Notes under the pieces: generated by a model
What the model was told of the DNA's origin: nothing
What the model saw: only the letters and a program-made list of their open reading frames with translations
Database searches by the model: none
Position numbers and translations under genes: made by a program
Part shown: positions 48,901 to 58,359 of the stretch, one piece after another
Layout of the letters: the number at the start of each line of letters is the position of its first letter
Position numbering within the stretch: the first letter of the stretch is position 1
NCBI GenBank assembly: GCA_903895695.1
Contig: CAITUY010000047.1
Coordinates: forward strand, 10,397 to 74,396
From: an uncultured bacterium
Lineage (GTDB): Bacteria; Verrucomicrobiota; Kiritimatiellia; CAIKKV01; CAITUY01
Reading direction: 5' to 3'
Length of the DNA stretch: 64,000 bases

Positions 48901-51900
48901 CCGCCGCCGTTGCCATCGTTGTTCGGCAAGGTCGCCCGGTAGTCGCCGCCGCCGCTGCCGGGCTGAAGGGGCAACGTGGCCGAGCCGTAGTTGGTGCCGG
49001 GATAACTGTCGGTATGGTTGCCCCTGCCACCCACGCCACCGTAGCCGGCGCCGCCGCCGGAATTGGCGCCCTTCAGTCCGTAGCCGGGGCCATAGCCCGA
49101 GGTATGCGTGGACGTGCCGCTACGGAAGCCCTTGCTGTCGGCGTTGATCTGCCCGCCCAGGGCCACGGTAACATTGCTCGCCGTGATCCACACCGAACCG
49201 CCGTTCGTGGACTGCGAATACGGGTACAGGTACGAGTTGGAAGCGATGGCGATAGTGCCTGCCACGTTCAAGGCACAACCGTACGCCGTCGTGCCATTCG
49301 TGGGCAGCGCGTAAAGCGAAAGCGCTCCGCCATTCGTCAAAACCAGATTCCCGCCCACAGTCACGGCGCTGGCGGCATTGAGCGTCAGGGCGCCGCTAGC
49401 CGTGCACACCAGGTCGTTGGTGACGTTGAGCGTGAAGCCCGCTGGCGCCGTGAACCGGACGGGTCCGTTGTTGACCGTCAGACTGCCGGGTGACCAGGAC
49501 GTGAAGCCCGGGATCACGATTTCGCCGGAGTGCGGCAGCACCGTGCCGAGAATACAGGGATCCGTGAAGGAGATCGTGCCCAACTGTCCGGCCAGATACC
49601 AGCCGACGGTGCTGCCGCCACCCACTGCGGAGGACGCGAAGGCCGGCTTGGGCGACAACAAGCCCTGGGCCGCCGCATTGAAGTCCACGGCAATGCGCCC
49701 GCCGCCGCCGGCACCGGAGCCATTGGAACTCCCGACACCGCCGATGGCCTGCACCGTTCCGCTGCCCTGGATGGCCTGGCACCGGATGTAGATGCCGCCG
49801 CCCGAGCCGCCGCCACATTGATCCCCAGCACCGCCTCCGTTGGCGCGGATGGTGCCGTTGACGGTTACGATGCCCGCCGCCTCAATCCAGATCGCCCCGC
49901 CGCCCGTCCCGCCCGTGCCGCTGCCGCCGCCGCCGCTGCTGCCGGGTTGCGAGGGGAGCGTCACCGAACCGTAAGTCGGCCCAGCGGCGACGGTCGAAGG
50001 ACCGGCCCCGCCAACGCCACCGTACGAAGCGCCCCCGCATTGGGTGCCGGAGTAACCAAGACCGCCACCGGACCCATAGCCGTTGCCGTTCCTCCGACCG
50101 ATGAAACCCGACAGGTTTCCGTCGATGAACCCGCCGGCATCGATGGTCAGGTTCGTGCAGACCACATAGATCCGATTGGTGTCCGAAGGCAGCCCGTTGG
50201 TGCCGCACAACACCGTCTTCAAATACCCGGCGTTGCGAATGAAAAGATTGGAGGCCTGCAGCGCGGTGCTCCAATTGGTGAACGTCACTGTCGCGTTGCT
50301 GATCGTTAGCGACCCCACCGTAACGCTGTTGGTCAGTTGGACCAGGGCCGTGTTGGTGATGATGACGTTGTTAGTGGGGCCGGGCAGCACGCCCCCGCTC
50401 CAGTTGTTGGGATCGAACCAGTTGGTCTTGTCGCCGGCCCCGTTCCAGGTCACACCGAAAGTGGCGAAACTCGTAAACGGCGCCAGGTAGTCGCCATAGT
50501 CATTCGTGGCATAGCAGGCGTAGTAGTAGGTCGTGTCCGGGATCAACCCGGTGAGATTGGTCGAGAATGGCCCCATCGTCCGCACGCCGAGATCGTTCGT
50601 ATTCGCCGGACTCGCCGGGTTCGGCCCCCACAGGATGTAAACGTGCCCGGTAAGGCCGGCGGTCAGGTTGCCGTTCAGGATGGCGGTTGTGAACCCGACG
50701 GCGGAGGCGCCGCCCGCGTTGTTCACTATCGGCGGACCGGCGGTCTGGAACGACGGCGAACCACCGCTGCTGCCCCACACTGCGCCGCTCGCGTTATTGG
50801 CCATGAAGTTAAAATAGTAGAGTGTGCCCGTCGTGAGCGAGCTGGCCGTGTTGGTGAACGTCTGGCCGGTAATCGCTGGCCCCAGGTTCGCGTTGGTCCC
50901 ATTCGCGAGCCAGGCCGCCGCGTTGGTCCCGCCATCGTTGGTGGCCCAGTAGATCGACACGGTCGTCGGGGCCGATCCCGTGGAAAGAAGCGTGCCGACC
51001 AAGTCCGCCGAGGTCGTCTGCAGGTTCTGGGCCGCGCCGTTGGCGATCGTCGGCAAGTTGGCGTCGAACGCGTACCGCACGATCACAATACCGGAGCCGC
51101 CGTCGCCGCCGGCTTTGTCCGCGCCACCGGCATAGCCGCCGCCGCCCCCGCCACCCCCGGTATTGCTCGCGCCCGCCGCCCCCGTGTAGTTGCTTCCGTT
51201 CCCGCCGCCGCCCAGTCCGCCAGCACCACCGCTGAAGATAGTGCGCATCCCGCCGCCCCCGCCGCCGGCATAGACGGTTGCCACCCCTGAGATGGAATTG
51301 GTGATTCCATCGCCTCCCTTTCCGCCCACGGAAGAAACTCCCGCGGCACCCGCCAGACGGGCCCCGCCACCCCCGCCGCCGGCATTACTGCCGTCCCCAA
51401 CCCCGCCGTCATTGCCTTGACCGGCTGTGTACCCGGCGCGTAGGCCTCCGCCTGCTCCATTTCCACCGGCTGAGCCGCCCGTTCCGGAGGCATTCATGTT
51501 GTACCCGCCGCCAGCGCCGCCGCCGATAGCGGTCAGTGCGCCAAACACGGAATCGGTGCCCTTGGCTCCCGGGGGATACGAACCCGCTCCATCCCATCCG
51601 CCCCTACCCCCGCCGCCCACGATCACGGTATAACTACCGGCGGTCACACCGAACCCATTAGTGTAGAGATACCCGCCGCCGCCGCCGCCCCCCCCAATGG
51701 TTTCGCCGCCGCCGCCGCCACCCCCGACCGCCAGCACCTCGACATTGCCCCCAGCGAGCACTGTAAAGCTCGTGGTTCCCACCGTCATGAAGATGTGGGC
51801 GAAATACCCGGTGCCGCCGGCGAAGTAATTCGTCATTATCCCGCCGGATGCCGCCACCCCGTGCGCCTGCGGCGCCGCCAGCACGAATGCCAACACCATC

Positions 51901-51929
51901 CCAACAGCCGCCAGTCTCATCCTCTTCAT
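45972..51929 (-). CDS. giant (1985 aa) glycine-rich secreted repeat protein, probably parallel beta-helix/adhesin-like
   Basis: Signal peptide MKRMRLAAVGMVLAFVLAAPQAHG; four internal ~140-aa modules (…GYGPG(Y/F)G…GGG(L/A)IW(L/I)(E/D)V…NGTISANG…GSGGGIY(I/V)RC…NGGNGGSESGGGGGGRIA(V/L)…); poly-Gly tracts. Confidence 0.6.
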   Translation of the reverse strand: MKRMRLAAVGMVLAFVLAAPQAHGVAASGGIMTNYFAGGTGYFAHIFMTVGTTSFTVLAGGNVEVLAVGGGGGGGETIGGGGGGGGYLYTNGFGVTAGSYTVIVGGGGRGGWDGAGSYPPGAKGTDSVFGALTAIGGGAGGGYNMNASGTGGSAGGNGAGGGLRAGYTAGQGNDGGVGDGSNAGGGGGGARLAGAAGVSSVGGKGGDGITNSISGVATVYAGGGGGGMRTIFSGGAGGLGGGGNGSNYTGAAGASNTGGGGGGGGYAGGADKAGGDGGSGIVIVRYAFDANLPTIANGAAQNLQTTSADLVGTLLSTGSAPTTVSIYWATNDGGTNAAAWLANGTNANLGPAITGQTFTNTASSLTTGTLYYFNFMANNASGAVWGSSGGSPSFQTAGPPIVNNAGGASAVGFTTAILNGNLTAGLTGHVYILWGPNPASPANTNDLGVRTMGPFSTNLTGLIPDTTYYYACYATNDYGDYLAPFTSFATFGVTWNGAGDKTNWFDPNNWSGGVLPGPTNNVIITNTALVQLTNSVTVGSLTISNATVTFTNWSTALQASNLFIRNAGYLKTVLCGTNGLPSDTNRIYVVCTNLTIDAGGFIDGNLSGFIGRRNGNGYGSGGGLGYSGTQCGGASYGGVGGAGPSTVAAGPTYGSVTLPSQPGSSGGGGSGTGGTGGGAIWIEAAGIVTVNGTIRANGGGAGDQCGGGSGGGIYIRCQAIQGSGTVQAIGGVGSSNGSGAGGGGRIAVDFNAAAQGLLSPKPAFASSAVGGGSTVGWYLAGQLGTISFTDPCILGTVLPHSGEIVIPGFTSWSPGSLTVNNGPVRFTAPAGFTLNVTNDLVCTASGALTLNAASAVTVGGNLVLTNGGALSLYALPTNGTTAYGCALNVAGTIAIASNSYLYPYSQSTNGGSVWITASNVTVALGGQINADSKGFRSGTSTHTSGYGPGYGLKGANSGGGAGYGGVGGRGNHTDSYPGTNYGSATLPLQPGSGGGDYRATLPNNDGNGGGLIWLEVTNQVLCHGTISANGTSPNGYQGAGSGGGIYIRCRMLGSTTTGVIRVNGGNGGSESGGGGGGRIALVNWVTNLFGGTISMNGGIGQGGGATYNGWTGTFYSVSDPSLSLLLRVRGNPTRHDVSTPYDYGSTPMGPGTVVTNSIPLTTEQTATTRYICYGWTLTNDAGVVLGGDGTTQAVFTVNTNVTLVWNWTNQWYLTCSAAANGGLAQDMSGWYTNVVQVTITATSAAPYAFSMWSGAGVPSGQSFVNPLTVTMDSARTIVANFADTSPKTRTWTGVNPWLTASNWSPSGVPGPNDSCIIGSGTCILTDPAAVQSVTVSNGATLLFTNWLTQLSATDVLVLSNGVITHAAIDTIAAPGVSNRVNIACATLTVNAGGSLDANGKGYVAGGATLSGQGPGGGPYYGGGANEGVGGGHGGIGSKSLDSGTIVGSAYDSAYAPIAAGSGGAGGGSLGGGNGGGAIRVAATGRVLVNGVIRANGVAGVSGDRTGGGAGGSVYVTCNTLAGNGQILADGGSGISYGGSGGGGRIAVYYNTGAQPGESPASAVSFSATSRSNTWGGASQPGTIYLPDTQLLPNTIGSVFSNAYRIYGITNWAPASLTVSNCAVYFDEPGFRLTVTNAVQVCGTTPGGAAGLTLTIGGNLSCGSLSAWNGGYANLYRNTNSTESLSVGGDVTLNNGSLTFQYALTNPLSLTIGGKLALTNGSKFTVYAGMTNGATGIPYGGLLDLGGGDLAVPTNCTIYAYSHGTNGGSMKFRCTNLRIDQGGQVNADAAGFANGDSVHQNGYGPGFGYRGANSGGGGGYGGGGQQGNHTGSYPGTTYGSATNPVLPGSGGGDYRATSTTRGCGGGLIWIDVSNRALLNGTLSANGGAPSGYEAAGSGGGIYVRCKRFNGTATGWMQANGGNGGSESGGGGGGRIAVWSQFLDWPFTNNVAVNPGTAVGGYIPVATLGTVYYGQLPIDRGVIFTVQ

Positions 51930-52192
51930 CGACGCGCCTCCCCGTTACGGTTCCGAGTTGCTTGCCTGGATCTCTGCTTCCGCGGTTACGTCTCCCCCTC
52001 AACGGCGGCTGCCCGAGCACGGGTAACCCCGCCTCGCAACCTAGCCGATGGACCCGACTCTACAAAGAACAAACTGAGTATACGGGATATACAGAGCCTA
52101 TGCAAAATATATCTAATCGCAAAGAATAGCAGATGGGCCGAGCCAGACTTTCCGCAGCCACAAAATCAGCGTCTGTGATTTCTTCAACGGTA

Positions 52193-54097
52193 TTACTTGG
52201 TCGACACCTGGGCAAAGAACCCGTTGCGGGAGAACGCGAATTGCGGCGAGTAGAGCCACAGGTACTCGGGCCGTTGTTCGCGGCAAGGCGCCGCATTGAC
52301 GGCCGCGTCCACCAGAAACGACTTGGCGTCCCCGGCAACCCCGAAATACGACAGGGGCAGCGCGGCCTCGAACGTGTAGGCGCCCTCGCTGACCGTCGCC
52401 ACGCGCCATGCGCCCGGAACGGTCCCTGGCCTGGGGCTCCCCATTTCGTAGCCGGTGGCCTTCGCTGCCCGTCCCGGCCCCTGCAGTTCGAACACGACTT
52501 GGCGGACACGGTTGGAGTCACCCGGGCAAAGATAGATGTCGAGCGAGGCCCCGGCCCAGTTCGTCTGCGCCGCGCCGATGCGATAATCGAGCACCCGCAT
52601 GCGCATCAGCACCGACTCGCCGGCAACGGCCAGGGCGACTTTGGCATACTCGCGTCCCCCGCGCTGGAATGTCCGCTCCACCGCCTTGTCGAGCTGCGGG
52701 CGCGCGGCGTCTAGATCGGCCACGGCCGCGCCGCGCGGGAGCATCAGGTCCGCGTGAAACGGCTTGGGCTCCTCGGTGTTTACCGGCCAGTCATCCGTGC
52801 GGAATGCATACGCCGGGAGCCCGGCGCCGTTCACGAGGTTGACGCCCGCCAGTTTATCCCAGGCGAACCGCACCGCAACCGGCTCCGGCACCTCAGCGGA
52901 CGACACCACCACACTCGCACCTTCGATCTTCGCCGTCGCGGGATGAAACACGCGGTCGCTCCCGGCCACCGTGAACCACGTCAGCGCCCCATCGTCCGAG
53001 CAGCGCAACCCCTCGGCATGGTCGAAAGCCAGGCGGATAACGCCCTTCTCGATCTTGGCGGTACGAAAGACCGGCCCGGAATATTCCTCCTTGGTCTGCC
53101 GGTACGTGAGCGCCAGGGCGATGCGCGCCAGCCGGCGACCCACCGTGTGCTTGTCCGGCGGATGGAGGTTCACACCGAGATCGGCGGAGGGCGACATGTA
53201 GGTATTCGGGATGTCCAAGGCGGCCAACTGGGCCTGCCAGAGCACCGGCAATTCGTTCGGCTTGAAATCGTAAGCCGGCGCGATCTGGACGTAGTAAACG
53301 GGAAACTCGCCGATGCCCCACTCCCCGCGCAGTCTCGTCACCAGCGTGCGCATGTCGTTGCTGTACGAAAGCCGCGGATCCGCCTCGCCCTGGTACCAAA
53401 TCATACCCCGCATTCCGTAAGGGATGAGCGGCTTCACGCAGCCCTCGTACAGTTTGCCGTCCGGCGGCGTCCACGGGACGATGGCCGAACCGCCCAGCGC
53501 CGCACTGATCATGCCGACCGGAACCTTGAGCGTCGTCTGGATTTCGCGGCCATAAAAATAGGCCACCGCGGAAAACGACGGCACCACGTCGGGCGAACAC
53601 GGCTTCCAGGCGTTGACGGCCGGCGATTTGGCCTCTTCTCCGACCGGCACCTGGAACAGGCGCAGATTCGGCCAGTTCGCGGCGGCAATCTCGGCGTCGG
53701 CGTCCAGCACCGGCCCGCGCCGGTTGCTCTTCATGGCCATGGCCATGTTCGACTGGCCGGAGGCCAGCCAGACTTCGCCCACCAGCACGTCGGAGCAAGT
53801 CACAGTACTGGCGCCGGCGACAACCCTGTCGCGGGGCGAGGCGTCGGCTTTCATCGGCTTCAAGTCGACGCGCCAGGTCCCGTTGCTCGCGGCCACGGCG
53901 CTCTGCGACTGGCCACCAAAAGTGACGGTGATCTTCTCTCCCGGCGCGGCCTTGCCCCACACCGGCACGGGCTGCCCCTGCTGAAGCACCATGTGGTCGC
54001 CGAACGGCGCCGCCAGTTTCACCTCAGCGTGCACGGAAACCACCATGCCGACGGCGATTAGACACACACCCAGACGCAGTCTGTACTGATTCTTCAT
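52193..54097 (-). CDS. sialate O-acetylesterase (SASA/DUF303 family, SGNH-like)
   Basis: Signal peptide; conserved GQSNMAM active-site block and overall SASA architecture. Confidence 0.75.
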   Translation of the reverse strand: MKNQYRLRLGVCLIAVGMVVSVHAEVKLAAPFGDHMVLQQGQPVPVWGKAAPGEKITVTFGGQSQSAVAASNGTWRVDLKPMKADASPRDRVVAGASTVTCSDVLVGEVWLASGQSNMAMAMKSNRRGPVLDADAEIAAANWPNLRLFQVPVGEEAKSPAVNAWKPCSPDVVPSFSAVAYFYGREIQTTLKVPVGMISAALGGSAIVPWTPPDGKLYEGCVKPLIPYGMRGMIWYQGEADPRLSYSNDMRTLVTRLRGEWGIGEFPVYYVQIAPAYDFKPNELPVLWQAQLAALDIPNTYMSPSADLGVNLHPPDKHTVGRRLARIALALTYRQTKEEYSGPVFRTAKIEKGVIRLAFDHAEGLRCSDDGALTWFTVAGSDRVFHPATAKIEGASVVVSSAEVPEPVAVRFAWDKLAGVNLVNGAGLPAYAFRTDDWPVNTEEPKPFHADLMLPRGAAVADLDAARPQLDKAVERTFQRGGREYAKVALAVAGESVLMRMRVLDYRIGAAQTNWAGASLDIYLCPGDSNRVRQVVFELQGPGRAAKATGYEMGSPRPGTVPGAWRVATVSEGAYTFEAALPLSYFGVAGDAKSFLVDAAVNAAPCREQRPEYLWLYSPQFAFSRNGFFAQVSTK

Positions 54098-54122
54098 GGA
54101 TCCTCGCGTTGTTGGTCATTCT

Positions 54123-56582
54123 CTAGTCCTGCTTCAAAGACACCGATTCATAGGGCTGCGCGGCCCGATCCAGCACGAGGCGCTGGCCCGCGACCGTCGG
54201 CAGGGCCAGGACCGCCGCGTCGGACGCGAGCAAGACCGCGCCCGTCGCCAGGTCCCGAAGCCGGGCGGTTTCGCCGGGCCACGGGTTGGCCACCTGCAGC
54301 GGGTTCCCGGCCAGGCTCTGGACCAGCCCGTAGTCGACCGCTTCCCCGCGCTTCTCGGCCGACACCAGGAACGCGCCCGGCGTCCGCAGGTTATGGAAGG
54401 CCGCCGGGATGGTCTTCGGGAAACACGGGAACAGCCGCACGACGCCGCCCACGCCCAGGACCAGCATGTCGCTGAGCACGCTGCACATGCCCGGTCCGTG
54501 GTCGGCCTGCAGGTAGAAACTGTTCCAGTTGTGGGTCAGCCCGTTGGTGCGGTCGCCGGGCTTCCACCGGGCGGCCGCGGCGGCCGCCTCCGCCCGGCCC
54601 AGCCGGATGATCTCCCGGATGCCCTGGCCGCCGCACCAGGCCCCGCCGGTGGCGCTCTTCGCCGTAAGCGGATCCTCCAGCGTGGCGAGCGCGCGGGCCC
54701 GCCACGCGGCGTCGCCGTGCCAGAGGCTCACCAGCTCCCCAGGGAAGACGGGCGGCAAGGAGAACTGGTGCGAACCAAACTCGCGCACGTCCCGGCCCTC
54801 GAACCCGATCCAAAGCCGTTTCTCGGCATCGGTCGGGAAATCCGGCAGTTGCGCGAGCACCTTCTGCCAGCGGGCCTGGTCTTCGCGGTCCGTGCCGAGG
54901 ACCTCGGCCGCCGCCAGCGCGCAGCCGAAGGCGACGCGGACCATGGTCAATTCATACAGGCTGTTCCGTCCCCAGCCGGCAAACCCGGGCAGGAGCGCCT
55001 CGAAATGCACGGACGGTTCCAGCACATAGCGGTTGGCTTTTGCGTCCCACGTCAGGTAGTCCTCGTAAAACAACGCCACGTCCTTCAGCAGCGGGTAGGC
55101 TTGGTCGCGCAGGTAGGCCCGGTCGCCCGTGTAGTCATAGACCTGCCACAGGAGCTGGGCCAGCCAGCCGGAGCCGCCGACCGACACGCCGAGCAGCGCG
55201 TAGGCGCCGTTCGTCAATTCGACGCCGTCGATGCCGCCCGCGTGCGGGAAACGGAGGCCGCGCATCCGGAAGTACTCGTGCGTGTCCTTCCGGGACTGGG
55301 GGGCGATGTCATGCAGCAGGCGGACGTACGGTTCCAGGTAGTCGACCCGGTTGGCCGCATACAGACCCCAGTAGACGGCCTGAATGTTGACGTTGCTGTG
55401 GTAATCGCCGAACCAGGCCGGGACACTCTCCTTGATCCACACACCCTGCAGGCCGGGCGACTGGCAGCCGGGCTCGAGGGTGGACCCGCACAGGTAAAGC
55501 GACGTGTACCACCACTTTTCCAGTGCCGCGTCGTCCAAGCAGACGTAGGCGCGCTTCCAGTACTGCGCCCACCAGGCGCGGTGTTCCTGCGCGATGACCT
55601 CAAACCCGGCTGACCGGGCCCGGAGCAGTCGGGCGCGGGCCTCGGCCAGGGGATCGGCCGCGTCGCGCGAAGTCACCACCGTGAGATGCACCTCGACCGC
55701 CGTCACGTCGCCTGCCTGAAGGGCGCCGGCCAGCCGGCCGCCGACGGGACACGCACCGAGCGGCACGTTGGCCGCGAGGGCCACGACGACCGTATCACCC
55801 GTGGTGAACGTCTGTTGCACCCAGGCCATGCCGTCGCCGGTCCCCGCGACGGGGGCGGCATGCGGCGCGTGCGGTTCGCGCGACAACTCCCACGCGACCG
55901 GGCCCAGCGTGCCATAGCTCAGCGCGACGCGCAGGGACATCGTCCGGTAGGCGCGGGAGACGAGCACGCTTCCGTCAAAGTTGCTGTGCGGCTTTCCGTA
56001 CAGGACCGCCGCGCCGGTCAGGTGCGCGATACCCTCCCAGAGCGACACGCGCAAGGCCGGCGCGAGGGTGCCGACCGCGTCAGCCAGGTGCAGGCGGAAC
56101 ATGCCCGCCGTGGTGGCATGCTGGGCTTCGAAGCCCGCCGGGGCCTGGCTCATCTTCTTGAACGCGTCCTTGTCCTGCTCCAGGTAGGTCTTCCGGAACT
56201 CGTCGAACGTGCCGGCCGGGAACCCGCTGCGGCCGGAGCCCGAGCGGTCCCACAGGTCAGTCTTGCCCAGCGCGAACGACAGGTTGTCGGGGTGCCCGTA
56301 GACGAGGGCCCCGAAATCGCCGTTGCCCAGCGGCGCGCCTTCCTTCCAGGAGGAGGGCGGCCCCGACGGTTCGCCCCACACCATGTCGTGGCCGGCCAGG
56401 CGTTTCGAAAGATCAGCCTGGAAGCGCAGGGCCTCTTCCGGCAGGGAAGCCGGCTCGCAGCGCAGATGCAACGCGCGGGACGCAGACGGAATAGGCTCGG
56501 GAGTCGTGTTCATGGATGAATCCTCATTCTCACCGCGCCTTGAAACCATTCGGGAACACCTGGCAGCCTTCCTGCCCGGCAA
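54123..56582 (-). CDS. GH95-like glycoside hydrolase (alpha-L-fucosidase-type) candidate; start likely MNTTPEP (~56513)
   Basis: N-terminal signature …WKEGAPLGNGDFGALVYGHPDNLSFALGKTDLW resembles the GH95 N-domain (W.EALPLGNGRLGAMVFG…L.LNE.TLW); (alpha/alpha)6 barrel-length C-terminal region. Confidence 0.5.
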   Translation of the reverse strand: MPGRKAARCSRMVSRRGENEDSSMNTTPEPIPSASRALHLRCEPASLPEEALRFQADLSKRLAGHDMVWGEPSGPPSSWKEGAPLGNGDFGALVYGHPDNLSFALGKTDLWDRSGSGRSGFPAGTFDEFRKTYLEQDKDAFKKMSQAPAGFEAQHATTAGMFRLHLADAVGTLAPALRVSLWEGIAHLTGAAVLYGKPHSNFDGSVLVSRAYRTMSLRVALSYGTLGPVAWELSREPHAPHAAPVAGTGDGMAWVQQTFTTGDTVVVALAANVPLGACPVGGRLAGALQAGDVTAVEVHLTVVTSRDAADPLAEARARLLRARSAGFEVIAQEHRAWWAQYWKRAYVCLDDAALEKWWYTSLYLCGSTLEPGCQSPGLQGVWIKESVPAWFGDYHSNVNIQAVYWGLYAANRVDYLEPYVRLLHDIAPQSRKDTHEYFRMRGLRFPHAGGIDGVELTNGAYALLGVSVGGSGWLAQLLWQVYDYTGDRAYLRDQAYPLLKDVALFYEDYLTWDAKANRYVLEPSVHFEALLPGFAGWGRNSLYELTMVRVAFGCALAAAEVLGTDREDQARWQKVLAQLPDFPTDAEKRLWIGFEGRDVREFGSHQFSLPPVFPGELVSLWHGDAAWRARALATLEDPLTAKSATGGAWCGGQGIREIIRLGRAEAAAAAARWKPGDRTNGLTHNWNSFYLQADHGPGMCSVLSDMLVLGVGGVVRLFPCFPKTIPAAFHNLRTPGAFLVSAEKRGEAVDYGLVQSLAGNPLQVANPWPGETARLRDLATGAVLLASDAAVLALPTVAGQRLVLDRAAQPYESVSLKQD

Positions 56583-58359
56583 TGCTCTTGTTCCATTCGG
56601 CCGGATCGAATGGGCCGGGTATTGCAGGCGCGAAGTCGATTTCCCCGATGCGGAAGGGTTGGCAGATGGGCAGCGAGCCCTTCACCGTCCAGCGCAGCGT
56701 GAGCGTATCTACATCGAAGTTCGCGTTGACCTCCGCCTGTACCGAGTGCGCATCCAGGCCGAAGTATTCGCGCCAGCCGGCGAAGTGCTGGAAATTCCCC
56801 GGCAGGGGATAACCGATGTAGAAGGAACAGTCGTCGTGACGCTTATCGAACAGGTTCCCGTCGCTCCGGTTTTCCTCGCGCCGGCCCAGATGCACCCGGT
56901 GGCCGCAGCAGGAGGTCACGTTGTTGAGCGCCACATTGGCCCGGCATAGGCCGGTCCGCCCGCGATGCCGGCGGTCGTGCTGGCTCAGCCCAAAGAGGAT
57001 GCAATCGCCCTCAATCCGGCCGAAGACGTTGTGCACGGCCAGCAGCTTCTCGTTGCAGTCGGCGTAGACGGCCGAGCCGCAGCCGCCCAACTCCTTCGGC
57101 TGGCCCTCCGCGATGCGGAGATCCCAGAACAGGTTGTTGTCCACGAGATTCGCGTCATAGTTCATCTCCGAGTAGAGGCCGCCCCCGCTGTAGATCTCGG
57201 CAAAGACGTTGTTCGTGATGCGGCAGTTGAACGCATCGCAGTCGAGCCACATCCCCCCGATGTGGAGCCGACGGAACACATTGCGCCGAAACAGGGTGTT
57301 GCGGGGTCCGTGGAGCTTGATCCCGCCGCCCTCGGCGTTGGCCGCCAGGTCCAGGTGACCGATGTCTTCAAAGATGTTGTCCTCGATGAGCGTGTCCCAG
57401 ACACCGCCCGCCCCTGCCAGGCCGCACAGGCCGCAGGTCCGGACGGTATTGCGCCGCACGATGTGGCTGCCCACCACCGCGGGAACCGTGCCGGTCCAAT
57501 GCTGGCACCCGATGTCCATGCCCAACGCATTCGACCATTCGACCGTATTGTCCTCGATGATCCAGTGGTGGCCGCGGTTGGTGCTCAGCGCCCCGCGCTG
57601 GGGAACGGGCAGCGCGGTGGCCGCATGGCGGAGGATCAGCCCGCTGACACGGATATACCCGAGGTTTCGCTCGCGCGGAGCGAAAACCTGTTCGCGGGCG
57701 CTGATCTCGAGGGTGACCCCCTCGGGCGGGCGGGCGCCGGGCAGGCGGAAGTGAATCCGCAGCCCGGGCTCCTCGACCCAGAACACGCCGTCTTTCGCCG
57801 CCAGCTCGCCCGGATAGAAGACTTGTTTCAGCCGAACGCCGTCCAGAAATACCATGGCCCGGCGCAGCATGACCCGGCGCATCCAGTCCGGATCGGTGAG
57901 CCGGCCGTAGTAGGTGATGTAGTCGTAGATGTTGCGGACCTGGAATGGGTTGAAGCCGCCCAAGAGGTGCTCCGGCAAATCCGCCATCCAGGCCGGCCCC
58001 GTGCCGCTCCAGCCCTCACTGGGCCTCGCCGCCGGCGTCCAGAATTCGCCGCCGGTAACCACGACGCGCTCGCCGGGCGCGGCCTCGTAGGCGATCATCC
58101 GGTCCGGCGCCGTCCCGCCCCGGGCGGGCGCCACGCACTCATGATAGGTCCCGGCATGAATGACCGCCTTCTCGCCCGGCAGCAGGAGTGCGGCCGCCCG
58201 GCCGAGGGTCGCCAGCGGCCGGTCCGCCGTCCCGGGGTTCTCGTCCGAGGCGCTCGGGTGGTCTTTGGCCACGTGATAGACCCTCGAATAGGTCGTCTGG
58301 TCGTCCCACCGTTTGAGCCGGGAACCGTCCGGCAGGAGATCATCGGGTATGCGTTGCAT
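56530..58359 (-). CDS. right-handed parallel beta-helix repeat protein (pectate-lyase-fold; polysaccharide lyase/hydrolase candidate)
   Basis: Repeated PbH1-like motifs (…NNVFAEIYSGGGLY…NLVDNNLFWDL…NTVRTCG…IEDNIFEDIGH…). Confidence 0.5.
   Translation of the reverse strand: MQRIPDDLLPDGSRLKRWDDQTTYSRVYHVAKDHPSASDENPGTADRPLATLGRAAALLLPGEKAVIHAGTYHECVAPARGGTAPDRMIAYEAAPGERVVVTGGEFWTPAARPSEGWSGTGPAWMADLPEHLLGGFNPFQVRNIYDYITYYGRLTDPDWMRRVMLRRAMVFLDGVRLKQVFYPGELAAKDGVFWVEEPGLRIHFRLPGARPPEGVTLEISAREQVFAPRERNLGYIRVSGLILRHAATALPVPQRGALSTNRGHHWIIEDNTVEWSNALGMDIGCQHWTGTVPAVVGSHIVRRNTVRTCGLCGLAGAGGVWDTLIEDNIFEDIGHLDLAANAEGGGIKLHGPRNTLFRRNVFRRLHIGGMWLDCDAFNCRITNNVFAEIYSGGGLYSEMNYDANLVDNNLFWDLRIAEGQPKELGGCGSAVYADCNEKLLAVHNVFGRIEGDCILFGLSQHDRRHRGRTGLCRANVALNNVTSCCGHRVHLGRREENRSDGNLFDKRHDDCSFYIGYPLPGNFQHFAGWREYFGLDAHSVQAEVNANFDVDTLTLRWTVKGSLPICQPFRIGEIDFAPAIPGPFDPAEWNKSIAGQEGCQVFPNGFKAR

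Noticed and set aside
45972-51929. RTX-type calcium-binding repeats in the glycine-rich giant protein
   Set aside because: Gly-rich motifs do not follow the GGxGxDxUx nonapeptide; the Asp positions are absent.
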